Below are positions 51,001 through 63,710 of a stretch of 64,000 nt of DNA, piece after piece. The position numbers were made by a program, and so were the translations under genes. The DNA is from Antedon mediterranea (taxonomy: Eukaryota > Animalia > Echinodermata): positions 1,297,812-1,361,811 of the forward strand of contig NC_092675.1 of NCBI RefSeq assembly GCF_964355755.1, written 5' to 3'. The notes under the pieces are model-generated. The model did not search any database. It was given only the letters and a program-made list of their open reading frames with translations, and had not been told where the DNA came from. Numbering within the stretch: the stretch's first letter is position 1; every line of letters starts with the position of its first letter.

Positions 51001-52406
51001 TTACATTAGTATACAATTTGAAAACATCTTAATTGTACTCAACCCATCTTAATTGAGATTCACTAGTTAAGGTTCTCCAGAAACTTCCAAATTCTGCAAC
51101 AATCTTGTTGAAATCCTTACCAACAACAAATGGTACGAGTGCTTTCACTGCCTGGCATACTGCAATAAAGAAATTCATGTTTATTCAAATTTGCACATTT
51201 CTACAGATCTATGTTAGAAAGGGTGGAGGTAAATTGAATTTTTAAAATAAATAGCACATACAAATTAGCAGGCAGCCTTTACAAGTACTCCTATTGCTTC
51301 CTTATTTCACTTAAAGGTAAGCATCACTTAAGGAAAGCATGACAATTGATTGTCCAGATTTATATGACAACAACTAAAGTTTGGTAGTGTAGACAGAGCT
51401 TAAAGCATTGTCTACACTACCATATATTATGGGCACATCAAACTTTTTTGACACATAAAGTTTGATATTGTAGACAGAGCTTAAGATTATATAATTCAAT
51501 TGTACTTACTAACTTCAGTCCCTCTTCCACAAGTAAATGTTGGTCCATGTCCGGTTAATCCATCATTCACATTGGTTCCAATTATCACATATGCACAGGA
51601 ATAGTCTGGGTCTGTATGCTGACAAACAGTAAGTTCAAATAGGCATTTACTGTAGGCACTTGGCAATTGTATGACCCACTCTACGACCCCGGGAGAGGTG
51701 CGTCATTTTTTCGATGTGCATCATACCTTAAGAATACCATGACGCACCCGTGCGTCAAGAAAAGTGACTTACCTTTAAGTAACCATGACACACCCATTTT
51801 AAAGAACCATTTACCATGTTGTCCATGATATGGTGGGTGGTAAAGTGACACACAATTGTTCGTTGATGTGACGTACCATTATTATTGACTCACCCATGAC
51901 GTACCTCTACCAGCAGGGGTGTTGTATGGGTCACACAATTGACAAGTGCATTAAAATTTATAAAAAATATTATATATAATAAAATACCAATTTAATGGCA
52001 TTATCATAAGGCCTACAGACTAAATACAATGCAAACACATTTACGGTAGGCCTATTTTCATTCCATTAAATAATTCATTGTTAAGCTAAAGCCGGGGAAA
52101 TTGTTATGTGATATATAGGCATGATTACAAATTACTGTACTACTAGTACTACTAATACGCCTCTACTACTACTAGCCTAGGCCTATTTAAATTAGGCTAG
52201 AGAGGCCTATTCTTCTAAGACAGAGCTGAGAAGGTGAAGCTCAGCTCAGCCAGCAGTGACAGACTCTGTGTAGAAAGCAATGCTAGCTAGATTTAGGAAA
52301 GAGGTGACTTTGTAAACATCTTTACCATTGCGTCTGATCCATGACCTTCAAGAGATGTCGGAAAACGAATATCTTTCACTTCTAGGGATGATATTAGAAC
52401 AGTCAT
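45049..52406 (-). CDS. ENOSF1: Mitochondrial enolase superfamily member 1 / L-fuconate dehydratase, 442 aa
   Basis: Exons (minus): 52406-52326, 51618-51510, 51159-51044, 50838-50752, 50281-50255, 49803-49763, 49321-49251, 49145-49063, 48748-48626, 47949-47815, 47535-47364, 46705-46606, 46140-46059, 45150-45049 (1329 nt, phases consistent). Signature peptides [81 protein letters not shown]. Confidence 0.96.
46191..46382. repeat. ~31-32-bp minisatellite (AACATTCCTCATTCATGATGTCAATCTTTCC), about 6 copies, intronic
   Basis: Direct reading. Confidence 0.9.
46733..46871. mobile_element. MITE family A
   Basis: Both TIRs present, TTA flanks. Confidence 0.8.
48373..48560 (+). mobile_element. Probable Helentron/DINE-like non-autonomous element 3' part
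   Basis: (ACAA)n microsatellite followed by a terminal CCTCCTTGGCGGAGGT hairpin; family call from resemblance. Confidence 0.5.
49415..49592. mobile_element. hAT-like MITE, copy 1
   Basis: CAGTGG...CCACTG ends with near-perfect 8-bp flanking duplication AACGTAAC/AATGTAAC; inverted homolog at 54934..55127. Confidence 0.75.
49998..50136. mobile_element. MITE family A, perfect 23-bp TIRs
   Basis: AGCTCTGTCTACACTATCAAACTA ... TAGTTTGATAGTGTAGACAGAGCT. Confidence 0.9.
51350..51481. mobile_element. Two adjacent truncated MITE family A copies
   Basis: Two GTAGACAGAGCT right ends (~51400 and ~51481) with a short left end between them. Confidence 0.65.
51656..51949. mobile_element. MITE with TGACGCAC/TGACACAC subterminal repeats
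   Basis: TIRs GCACTTGGCAATTGTATGACCCA / TGGGTCACACAATTGACAAGTGC. Confidence 0.65.
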
Positions 52407-52439
52407 TATGTTGATAAGCAATATAATATAAGTAAATGC

Positions 52440-52610
52440 TAGGCCTACAAAATCTAAAACACACTGTGTTCACCCAAGCGGAGCGAAGTCCACGTGACAT
52501 CTTTCGTGGCGTACACACGTACCTGGATGGTGAATAAACTTTGCTTAACTTATCTTTGTTCTCTGAAATCTGATTGGTTGCATGTTTTTGGTTAGTCGAC
52601 TTTTTCGTGA
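52440..52610 (-). promoter_or_regulatory. Putative ENOSF1 promoter
   Basis: Local CpG enrichment, CACGTGAC E-box at ~52491 and a CCAAT box (CTGATTGGTT on plus) at ~52570, directly upstream of the ATG. Confidence 0.45.
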
Positions 52611-53059
52611 GGGTACAAAAAAACAGATTTAATTTGCATTGGTTGCTTATTAATTATATTGTATTTTGTTATTAATTTAGATGTTTTATTCAAGTTAAGG
52701 CATTACTAATTAATCAGTGAATTTGTATTATTGTTTTTATTTTATTGAAAGTTCTGTGTGTGTTAAATTTAAATCAGTGATTTGTTTGGTTATATAATGT
52801 TTTAATTGTGTGTAGCTTAAGTTTCCAAGTTTGGCTGCACCACTTATTAAATGTGTTGCCACTGATCTAAAAGTGATTGTTAATATTTATTTATAACAAA
52901 GAAAATGTGACACTTTGACGAGCTAAATTGCAAAGCCTATGAAAATGATATCGCAACAAAATATTTAACATTCAAGAACAAAACATAAAGTTATTTAAGA
53001 TAATTTTTAAGTAATATTGGTAAAAATTCCGTATTGAGTATATATTTAGAGTGTTTTTT

Positions 53060-53555
53060 ATTTATTTATTTTCTTATTTAACCTTATTTATAGAGGGTAA
53101 CCCTAAACAGCCTAATCAATTGGCCTTTATGGTGAGTTATGAGTGGCTTTGTGTGTACACAGGGGTACCCCCTACTCGTTTATGGTGAGTTATGAGTGGC
53201 TTTGTGTGTACACAGGGGTACCCCCTACTCGTTTATGGTGAGTTATGAGTGGCTTTGTGTGTACACAGGGGTACCCCCTACTCGTTTATGGTGAGTTATG
53301 AGTGGCTTTGTGTGTACACAGGGGTACCCCCTACTCGTTTATGGTGAGTTATGAGTGGCTTTGTGTGTACACAGGGGTACCCCCTACTCGTTTATGGTGA
53401 GTTATGAGTGGCTTTGTGTGTACACAGGGGTACCCCCTACTCGTTTATGGTGAGTTATGAGTGGCTTTGTGTACACAGGGGTACCCCCTACTCGCTTCGA
53501 AGTGCACATGAACTGGATGTGTACGCTGGACCCATGGTTTATAGTCCTTATTCTT
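53060..53555 (-). mobile_element. SINE (same family as 14975) with an internal 53-bp segment amplified about 7 times
   Basis: Core GGTTTATAGTCCTTATTC at ~53537 and tail TTATAGAGGGTAACCCTAAACAGC flank the array 53126..53494 (TTTATGGTGAGTTATGAGTGGCTTTGTGTGTACACAGGGGTACCCCCTACTCG). Confidence 0.85.
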
Positions 53556-53764
53556 GATAAGTTTCCATTTTCCATAATTCTCCTTACCTAATACTATATT
53601 TTTACATTATCATTACCGTTTGTCATAGGACCTAAAGGAGGCTGATTAAAATTAGTTTTATCCTAGAGAAAATGAGGTACTGCAGTAAACAAATCCTGAT
53701 TTGAGGAAGTTAGTTGTGTTAGCAGCTCCTGTCAAGAAGAAGCAGTATAAGACTAGTTTAGTTT

Positions 53765-54103
53765 TGTTTGGTTCTCACTAGAGACGCAACAGAAGGACAC
53801 AACGTAACGTAAATGAGTTGATCAATCACAAGCGATGAAGCATTCGTTATGTCGCTTGTCATTGGTCAACTCGTTTGCGTTGCATCTACGTTCTTGCGTT
53901 GCGCATCTAGTAAAGCTTGGTTCCCACTAGAACGTAACGCAAAGACGTAAACGCAACACAAACGTGTTAACCAATGACAAGTGAAGTTATAGACAGTTAG
54001 CAATCAAGCGAATAAGCCATCGCTTGTGATTGGTTAATTCACTTGCGTTGTGTTACGTCCTTTTGTTGCGTCGCTAGTGGGAACCACGCTTAAGAACCAA
54101 GCT
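53765..54103. mobile_element. Two abutting MITE family B copies
   Basis: TTGGTTCTCACTAGAGACGCAAC...CTAGT followed directly by AGCTTGGTTCCCACTAGAACG...CTAGTGGGAACCACGCT. Confidence 0.8.
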
Positions 54104-54933
54104 TTACGGTACAGAAACAGCACAATTATTAGGTGAAACGGTGCGCGTAATTATTTTTTTCCAGGACGAACGTGGGCAGAAATCATGAATAATTCATGAT
54201 TAATTATGACATAATAGGGAACAGAGGGCGCTGTATAAGAATGCAAACGGTGCAACAGCCGACTCAACCTCGTTTGCTTTATTATATAGTGCGCCATCTA
54301 GAGAACGATGAGCCATTTCCTTTGAATGTATTTTTTTCTAATGTTTAAAAAGTGAATAATTATATACCGTGATGGCATATATACCGTGATGGTATACCTA
54401 ATTGTGCTTAAATAAGGATGGATTATTTAGAGAGGTCCATTTTCACCCCGAGCTCATCACCTCCTTTAACGTCTGTGGTAAAAATAAGATAGAAGTAACT
54501 GTTCCCATCCCATTAAATTTAATAAAGTACAAATCAAGCGTACTTTTCCTTGAAGTACCTTATTTAAAGTCCTTATTTAAATTTCTTGTTTATTTATTAA
54601 CCTGCCATCTTGATCATTTCTCACGCCTACAAAATCCACGGTATTAAAACAAAATTCCCGTTAGACGTCATGATATACCGCGTGGTAACCAGATGGTATA
54701 GCATTCGGAAGGAGATTTTAACAATAGTGCCGATTACATTTTGTTCCGATAGTGATCCATTGATCTATTCCGGATTCATTCCCCACTCGATAATTACTAG
54801 GTCGCAGTATACCGGATATCCGTAGAACCGACGATTTTTAAATGAACCTGAAACATTTTTTTTTTGCAGAGAGGGAATATTAGATTGCAATTACTTTTCT
54901 CCAATTATTTGGTTTTTTTTTATGGCATATCAA

Positions 54934-55127
54934 CAGTAGCGTAATGGCTATGAGCGCTCACTTGACTAAACGCAGGGGCTTATGGGGGCCCCTGAGCAGT
55001 ACCCAGAGGAGGAAAAACAGGCATTAAAATATGTCGAAAAGGGGTAAAAACGCCCGAGGCCTCCAGGGTTGGAGGACCACTTAGGGTTCCTAAACCAGGG
55101 GCTTCAGGTCTCTACGTTACGACACTG
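54934..55127. mobile_element. hAT-like MITE, copy 2
   Basis: CAGTAGCGTAA...TTACGACACTG ends with CATATCAA/CAAATCAA 8-bp flanks. Confidence 0.75.
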
Positions 55128-55398
55128 CAAATCAATAACTAGTGCCATTATTCGGGTAACATTAATAGCTATCATAATGGTAGGACGAGTCTGCAACTCC
55201 TCATCTCAGAATCCACTGTAGTAGCTTTATCAAATTTAGTCTTAACACTTGAGCAAGCCTACTGAATGGTATTGGCCTACCAATGTCTAGGAACACTTTT
55301 GGTGAAACGCAATATCTATGTGACAAAAATATTTGATATGCCCATATATGGACATGATGATGTCACATTACTACCATATTTGGACACATCACACTTTT

Positions 55399-57095
55399 TT
55401 TGTCAAGCTAGTTTGGCAGTGTAGACGTCTGGTTTTATTTCAGTGTCTGTGGCGAGATTCGAACCAGCGATCTATCGTATACATAGCGGTCTTCCGTCGA
55501 GATTCGAACCAGCAATCTATCGTATACATAGCGGTCTTCCGTCGAGATTCGAACCAGCGATCTATCGGATACATAGCGCAGTCTTCCGTTGACAGGGTTT
55601 GGGTTTACTTTGTCAAGCTAGTTTGGCAGTGTAGACGTCTGGTTTTATTTCAGTGTCTGTGGCGAGATTCGAACCAGCGATCTATCGTATACATAGCGGT
55701 CTTCCGTCGAGATTCGAACCAGCGATCTATCGGATACATAGCGCGGTCTTCCGTTGACAGGGTTTGGGTTTACTTTGTCAAGCTAGTTTGGCAGTGTAGA
55801 CGTCTGGTTTTATTTCAGTGTCTGTGGCGAGATTCGAACCAGCGATCTATCGTATACATAGCGGTCTTCCGTCGAGATTCGAACCAGCGATCTATCGGAT
55901 ACATAGCGCGGTCTTCCGTTGACAGGGTTTGGGTTTAGTTTGTCAAGCTAGTTTGGCAGTGTAGACGTCTGGTTTTATTTCAGTGTCTGTGGCGAGATTC
56001 GAACCAGCGATCTATTGTATACATAGCGGTCTTCCGTCGAGATTCGAACCAGCAATCTATCGTATACATAGCGGTCTTCCGTCGAGATTCGAACCAGCAA
56101 TCTATCGTATACATAGCGGTCTTCCGTCGAGATTCGAACCAGCGATCTATCGTATACATAGCGGTCTTCCGTCGAGATTCGAACCAGCAATCTATCGTAT
56201 ACATAGCGGTCTTCCGTCGAGATTCGAACCAGCAATCTATCGTATACATAGCGGTCTTCCGTCGAGATTCGAACCAGCGATCTATCGTATACATAGCGGT
56301 CTTCCGTCGAGATTCGAACCAGCGATCTATCGTATACATAGCGGTCTTCCGTCGAGATTCGAACCAGCAATCTATCGTATACATAGCGGTCTTCCGTTGA
56401 GATTCGAACCAGCGATCTATCGTATACATAGCGGTCTTCCGTCGAGATTCGAACCAGCAATCTATCGTATACATAGCGGTCTTCCGTCGAGATTCGAACC
56501 AGCGATCTATCGTATACATAGCGGTCTTCCGTCGAGATTCGAACCAGCAATCTATCGTATACATAGCGGTCTTCCGTCGAGATTCGAACCAGCAATCTAT
56601 CGTATACATAGCGGTCTTCCGTCGAGATTCGAACCAGCAATCTATCGTATACATAGCGGTCTTCCGTCGAGATTCGAACCAGCGATCTATCGTATACATA
56701 GCGGTCTTCCGTCGAGATTCGAACCAGCAATCTATCGTATACATAGCGGTCTTCCGTCGAGATTCGAACCAGCAATCTATCGTATACATAGCGGTCTTCC
56801 GTCGAGATTCGAACCAGCAATCTATCGTATACATAGCGGTCTTCCGGCGAGATTCGAACCAGCAATCTATCGTATACATAGCGGTCTTCCGTCGAGATTC
56901 GAACCAGCAATCTATCGTATACATAGCGGTCTTCCGTCGAGATTCGAACCAGCAATCTATCGTATACATAGCGGTCTTCCGTCGAGATTCGAACCAGCAA
57001 TCTATCGTATACATAGCGGTCTTCCGTCGAGATTCGAACCAGCAATCTGTCGTATACATAGCGGTCTTCTGTTGACAGGGTTTGGGTTTACTTTG
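55399..57095. repeat. Two-level tandem array: 45-bp unit (GAGATTCGAACCAGCAATCTATCGTATACATAGCGGTCTTCCGTC) in four higher-order blocks of about 3, 2, 2 and 24 units
   Basis: Each block starts with a MITE-A end (TTTGTCAAGCTAGTTTGGCAGTGTAGAC) plus GTCTGGTTTTATTTCAGTGTCTGTGGC and ends with GTTGACAGGGTTTGGGTTTA. Confidence 0.95.
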
Positions 57096-57672
57096 CTTCA
57101 CAAAGTTAATTTTAAATTAGATATTGCGCTACAATTTTGCTACATCTGTGACTACTGTAAAGTGACAGTAATGTGCCGCTATAGTCTAATTCTGCAATTC
57201 AGATTAAAAGTTCATATGGCGTGATCTGTTCATTTAGTCGTATAATTTGTATGGTAATGTAGGTAAAGGTCTAGAAATAATTAAGTAGTTTATTATGAAC
57301 CCCGGATTTATATAGGCCTACGGGTCATAAGGATATGAAGGATTAAACACAACGTATGATTCTGCTTTGATAAGACAATAATTGAGTGATCGACCTAGTA
57401 AAATAACTGAACACCACACGTGGTCCCGGTTACAAATGGTGACTTTATGTACGGACACCTCATTTTGGTTGTCACCAGATGGTCGTCGACGTCACCACAA
57501 GATGTCATTACCTTGTTGTTCTTGCACAATTCATGATATAAACTTATGGCGTCATCAACCTGATCGACGACATACTTTTGAAAATGAACCGAATAGGACC
57601 CAGGTACTTATATACCAACGTTCTATCTATTATAGACCTATGCTCTATTGTTTGTAATAGGGACTACGTTTA

Positions 57673-58011
57673 TGCTTGGTTCCCACTCTAGAGAGACGCA
57701 ACGCAAGGACGTAACGCAACGTAAGAGATTTGACCAATCACAAGCGATGGATTTATTCGACTGTCGCTTGTCATTGGTCAACACACTTGCGTTGCGTTTA
57801 CGACGTCCTTGCGTTGCGTCATAGTGGGAACCGAGCTTTAAGCGTGGTTCCCATTAGAACGCAACGCAAGGACGTAAACGCAACGCAAGCGTTTTAACCA
57901 ATGACAAGCGAAGTTATAGACAGCACAAGCGAATAAGCCATCGCTTGTGATTGGTCAATTCACTTGCGTTGCTTTACGTCCTTGCGTTGCGTCGCTAGTG
58001 GGAACCACGCT
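57673..58011. mobile_element. Two abutting MITE family B copies
   Basis: GCTTGGTTCCCACT...AGTGGGAACCGAGCT TTA AGCGTGGTTCCCA...TAGTGGGAACCACGCT TTA. Confidence 0.85.
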
Positions 58012-60633
58012 TTAGAGCTTTTAAACAAAGCGTACTACGTGGTTTGCACAACATTGGACCGTTCGAGCTTCGCAAAGGACGTGTTTATGTTACACCTTTA
58101 TCCTTGTTTATCACATCGGATTAATGCGTCATGTAGGCCTACCAAGACCTTGATTTGTTGGGGTTTTTTGGGGGATATTCATAGTACCCTGGTTAGCCTT
58201 TCATTGACGTCAAACAATGCCACAGAACCACAAAGGATAACATTTGGTATACCACAGAACGGTGTCCAATTTCTGTAGGCCTAAAAACAACATTCATAAC
58301 AACACCTCCTACACATAACATTGTTATAATCTACAATCATTTTTATTGTTAAAGTGTTTTTTTAATAATATCACATATAATATTTATTCTATTTTATTCA
58401 GTTCACAACCAACATCGAAAAAACCGACACTAACAGATTGAATCTATCATGAAGCATTGTTAGTATTTTTTCAACGAAATTTAATATTATATTTTATTCA
58501 TTGGCTGTCCAACTAAAACTGTACCGTCTGTAGACAAATAAATGTAGATATGAGTTTAACCATGGAAAAACATTTTCAGAGGGAAAATGGCAAAGGGATT
58601 CATAGGAGCTATCAGACTCTTAACTCACTAAAAACATGACCACAGCCACATTAGAAATCCAAAATTATATTTGTATTTTAATACAAACATCCAGCAACAT
58701 TTTACATTCCTTCAAAAGATTAAATGTGATCTTTGCTATCTAATTTGTTACTAATAACTTAACCAAGTTACAAAACTGGTGACGTAGCAAAGTATCGCTG
58801 TTATTGCTGCACACAAGCAGACATCAGTGTTGTTAAGATCACATCCGATGACTTCACACTTTATAGCATGCACACCACAGGGCCCCTTAAAAGTACATAT
58901 TAAATTCCAAGAACTAGCACAATTGTGAGGGGGAGTAGGGCCATCGTCCGATACTAGAGGGAACTGAACTATTCATCGGAACCGCGACAAAACAAGGTAT
59001 AATTAGTTGATTATTCTTCACTTGAATTATGTACAGTTTTTAAAGGTGGGCTGCGCGGTACGAATAAAGTACAAAGAGAACGGAAGACCCTGACAGGTAC
59101 TTAAGTATGAGAACGCCTGTGTCGTCCCCGGTGAGACCCGGGTCAGATTCCCGTTTTGTAATCTGGGGACGATGTTCCGGAAAAGCAGTTAATGTGAGTA
59201 ATTGGTGGGTTAACTTAATCAACCTTAAAATCTTTAAATCTGTACAAAAGTTGAATTGCCACTAATCTTTGCGTAATATAATAAAAATGTCGCTGACCCC
59301 GAGGCTTGTTACGTAACTGTATTATCAACTATTCCTTTCTGAGTTTGTATATTTTAAATGGATTTGGAAATACAGTGAAATGTAGTTTACCAGATTTAAT
59401 GGAATACAAAATAAAACCATTATATTACCAAATAAATGTATTCTTCCGACTTTCTCGTCAATGTACACTCCTCTATAGGAATTTTCAATTGGCTTTAATT
59501 CCCGTGCATATGGGCCTACATAAACAAGATTTGTTTTCTCTTTCGTGATACATAAAACAAGATGATGCAAAGTTTAAGATCTGTGCTACGCAGAGCAGAG
59601 ATCTTTAAGCTTATGAGCACCCTTAAAACAAATGTTGATAATAAAAAAGCAAATTAGATAACATATATAATCAAGTATATAAAATGAATAAAAAGATTAA
59701 TAAATCTACAGCTCACTATGATTTGAATTTGAGCACGTGACTGCAGTCATTGTATATGGCCTTGTTCTAAAGTGTAGCAGCAACAATAATATCACAACCA
59801 ATACATCGTGGATGAAATGTAGAAATGAAAAATAGTAAACAAAATTGTTTTCTACAAAGACCTATATAATATTAATAAATGTCTGCACATCTAATTAAAT
59901 CCAGTCTCATACTATAAATAGTCAAAGTATTTAATTTAAGTTTACGTCTACAAAAATCTATTCTGAATTTTTATTTGCTTATACGTGTAAATAATGATGT
60001 GAAGCGTATTTTGCAAACAAGGCATGAGCAACCGACAAAGGTGCGAGTACTTTCGTGTCCCTATTCTATTATTGTTGTTTATTATAAACACTATTTAATA
60101 CCATTACAGTATCATAAATATACCGTTGTCAAGAGAAACTGAAATAGACCTAAATTATTTATTTGGGGGATTTTCCTAAAATGGCCAATAAAGTCTCTTT
60201 ATTGTAATCATAACGTGTAAACAGAATGTAGTTTCTTTTTGTATTAATAAGACCAGACATATTAATTTTTCCTATGCGTACTATGCATTTCCCCATGTAT
60301 TGAGATATACACAAGACATGTCCAACAACTATTACATCATCATTTCGTATCACACATACTCGATACTCCAGGGAAATGGTTGCGTGAGAGATATGTCGTT
60401 CAATCATTGCATGTAGTTAACCCATTATAAATCTTATGTATGTTTTTTTTATTCATTCAAAGAGTTTGGTTTACTTACACGTTATTGTGGGTTATTTCCA
60501 TAATGATATTCAAATGGGGGATTCTTGATAAATGAAATAAAAATATAAATAAATAAATAAATTCAATGCTTAATAAAAAAAAGAAACAATAACTGTATGC
60601 CAAACATTACGCAGCAAAATATATGTAGCCTAA

Positions 60634-60921
60634 AACTTGGTTCCCACTAGGACGTAACGCAAGCAAGTTGACCAATGACAACCGACAGTTTGAATAATCC
60701 ATCGCTTGTGATTGGTCAAATCAGGGAGAAATCACTTACGTTGCGTTACGTCCTTGCGTTACGTCTCTAGTGGGAACCAAGCATTAAGCTCATTGGTTTC
60801 CACTAGACGCAACGCAATGACGTAAGACGCAACGCAATCGAATTGACAAATCACGACGCAACAGTTTGACTAAACCATCGCTTGTGATTGGCCAGTCACT
60901 TGTGTTGCGTCTAGTGGTAAC
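60634..60921. mobile_element. Two abutting MITE family B copies
   Basis: CTTGGTTCCCACTAG...CTAGTGGGAACCAAG followed by TTGGTTTCCACTAGACGCAAC...GCGTCTAGTGGTAAC. Confidence 0.8.
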
Positions 60922-61841
60922 TTTATTCAATCATTTTGGTCGAAAACAATTACAATAACACTATACAAGAAAAATGTATGTGAACAAGATTACAAGAATA
61001 TACTAGAAATGAAAGTTAAAACCTTCTATTTAAAGCAGAAAACATGATATCAAAGATTAACAATTCAAATAAAAGTTTTGAAAAGAACTGTTATTATATG
61101 ACAATAAACGTAAAGATTTTGACCAGGATAACCCAAACACCAATTACACATGTTTAGGCCTTATACAATTCCGCTGGGGTCCAAACCGGTTAGAATATAA
61201 AGAAGGCAAATGACGTAATTTGCAAAAATACTTTATGGATAATTCCGGATTGGATATGCGTTTAACCTCACGGATGAATGAGCCGCACATTCAGTTTACG
61301 TGCGTGATAACACTTTTCCTTTGACGCCAGATTTTCGAAATGAGTCGGTCGTCCGCTTCCGACATTCTCTACAGTTCCTGTCACTTTATAAATAGTACGA
61401 ATATATTTTTTTATGCGGATGACAACATAAATCAAATTAGAAATTTCAGATAGATACCGCACCATCAAACCCTTCACACAATGTATCGATGTATTGATTA
61501 AACGCGCAGATAATCAAATCACGCTGATCAAGAAAACCGCCACAAACGAATCACTGTCTTCCCTTTGATAAATAACTGGTGACACGTTAAAACGAGTTGA
61601 AACGGTTTTAAAAATCTCAAATAAATTGAATAGGCCTATATGAGTCATTGGTTAAGGGTTCTAATTGTAGGCCTAACTATTTTAAACATTACATTTTTAA
61701 TTTAATTTATCTATTTGCCTGATTTAGTATACTTGCTTAGAAAAATAAATATTTCGTCAACTCAGGAAAGAGTGAAGTAAGTATTTTACTCTTCCCTGGT
61801 CAAAAAACCTACAATCAAATATTTTTACGGTATTTCCTTAA

Positions 61842-62033
61842 ATATTGATGCTTAAGTCCGTTCTATATAAACTGGTTTGATATTGATGCTTAAGTCCGTT
61901 CTATATAAACTGGTTTGATATTGATGCTTAAGTCCGTTCTATATAAACTGGTTTGATATTGATGCTTAAGTCCGTTCTATATAAACTGGTTTGATATTGA
62001 TGCTTAAGTCCGTTCTATATAAACTAGTTTGAT
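61842..62033. repeat. 38-bp minisatellite (ATTGATGCTTAAGTCCGTTCTATATAAACTGGTTTGAT), 5 copies
   Basis: Direct reading; unit resembles a decayed MITE-A terminus. Confidence 0.9.
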
Positions 62034-62345
62034 AAAAAAAAAGCCTAATTTGGGTGTCTAGAAAACTTAATCTATAAACTCAGATCTCAGATATCTTAGT
62101 TTTCAAGATCTAGGAATAGAGAGTGTCCCTAAATAAAGGGTTAACTACAGTGTTAAAACATTGCAACCATGTTCGTTTCACAGGAAAGTGTCATCTTAAT
62201 TGGGATAAGGGTGTCCCAACGGAGAGATTCTGTATCTTGAGTAAAAAGATTGATAAATGCATGAACAAACACACCATCCAAAATAGCCTATAATCGGCGC
62301 AACCAACTGATTACCTTAAAATGAGTACAATTGTTGAAAGTCTAA

Positions 62346-62492
62346 AGCGCTGTCTACACTATCAAACTAGTTTGACAAAAAAAGTGTCATGTGCCCAAAT
62401 ATGGTAGTGATATTACTAAATATGGTAGTGATATGACATCATCATGTCCATTATGAGCACATCACATTGTTTTGTCACATAAAGTTTGATAA
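62346..62492. mobile_element. MITE family A
   Basis: AGCGCTGTCTACACTATCAAACTAGTTTGAC...CATAAAGTTTGATA (right end truncated). Confidence 0.8.
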
Positions 62493-63632
62493 GCGTACAT
62501 TCAGCAGCCTCTGGACCAGTGATCATTATCATAAAACTGAACCTGAACCTATTGTTAACACAAACTGTAACCCTTCACAATGGTCCACTGTCTACTTTCG
62601 GATTTTCGATTCGTGGTCTTTTGAAAAGACATACTGTACTTTGATTTTTGTCGGGCAATTACAGTAATTATGATGGATTTAAAAACCTGTTGATTCGGCA
62701 TGGTTAACAACAGCTTAAGGCAACATCGCAGTTTTGAATAAGAACAATAAACGCAACCGGAAACGTCGTTACTGCCGTAGAAATATATTTTAACGAATGA
62801 AATCACAACAATAATCGCAATGTCTAGTTTATTAAGCGTCGGTACTGGTCTTCCTAAGCTAATTATAAACACTGTTTAGTAGAAGGAGGGTTGATATACT
62901 GTAGCTAATGTATGGAGATGGTGAGATTATTATTGAAGGTTCTACATGATTAAGTGAGTTATTAAATTACAATAATAATTTGTACTAATTTTACAATAAT
63001 AGAAATAATATTATTATTATGTATAGGCATATATCTGGTATACCGTAAATGCAATAACTGATGATAGTTATCTTTTAAGGTCTTGACAATATAACAGAGG
63101 GGCGGTAGAATTTTAATAATTGACATTTCCAGAATTGTATGTTTTATGATAAACACTGTTAAAAAGCTTTTTTTTTTTAAACAAAACGAAATCTTAGAGA
63201 GTCCCACCATATTTATGTGTATGATGATGATGTGGTTGATCTCCCGTGATTGTTTGAGATCTTTTAACCTTTTGAAACTAGTTAACTTATGATAGATAGT
63301 ACGTTAGCTATTTTCGAGGCATTCTTGATTGCAGATTTTTAGGTTTAGGTCCTAGATTTACCAAAATCAGATCAGACGAAACCGTAATCCTACATCATCA
63401 GACATCCTCTGTGATCATACGTATAGGCTGATCGAATTTGGAGAGTGTTTGGCGGTGTTACACATGGATTCACACGTTATTTCCAGCCAGTAATTAATAA
63501 CTTGGCTCGACCAGACTGCAAGCAGTATTTTAGATCATTTATATGAGTAACCATTCTACATGAAATTAATCGGTTCCTCTTATTACCCAACCAACTAAAC
63601 ATGTTTAATTATTACAAAGTGCCGCCGACACT

Positions 63633-63710
63633 TTTAGTCCTACGCGCTTATATTGCATACACACTATCATTTAGTCCTACGCGCTTATATTGCATACACA
63701 CTATCATTTA
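63633..63710. repeat. Tandem duplication of ~37 bp
   Basis: TTTAGTCCTACGCGCTTATATTGCATACACACTATCA occurs twice in tandem. Confidence 0.85.

Noticed and set aside
55975-57224. Three long ORFs (356-413 aa) of 15-aa repeats, plus 55333..55938
   Set aside because: Produced by a stop-free 45-bp unit in several frames on both strands; no splice context or unique domain.
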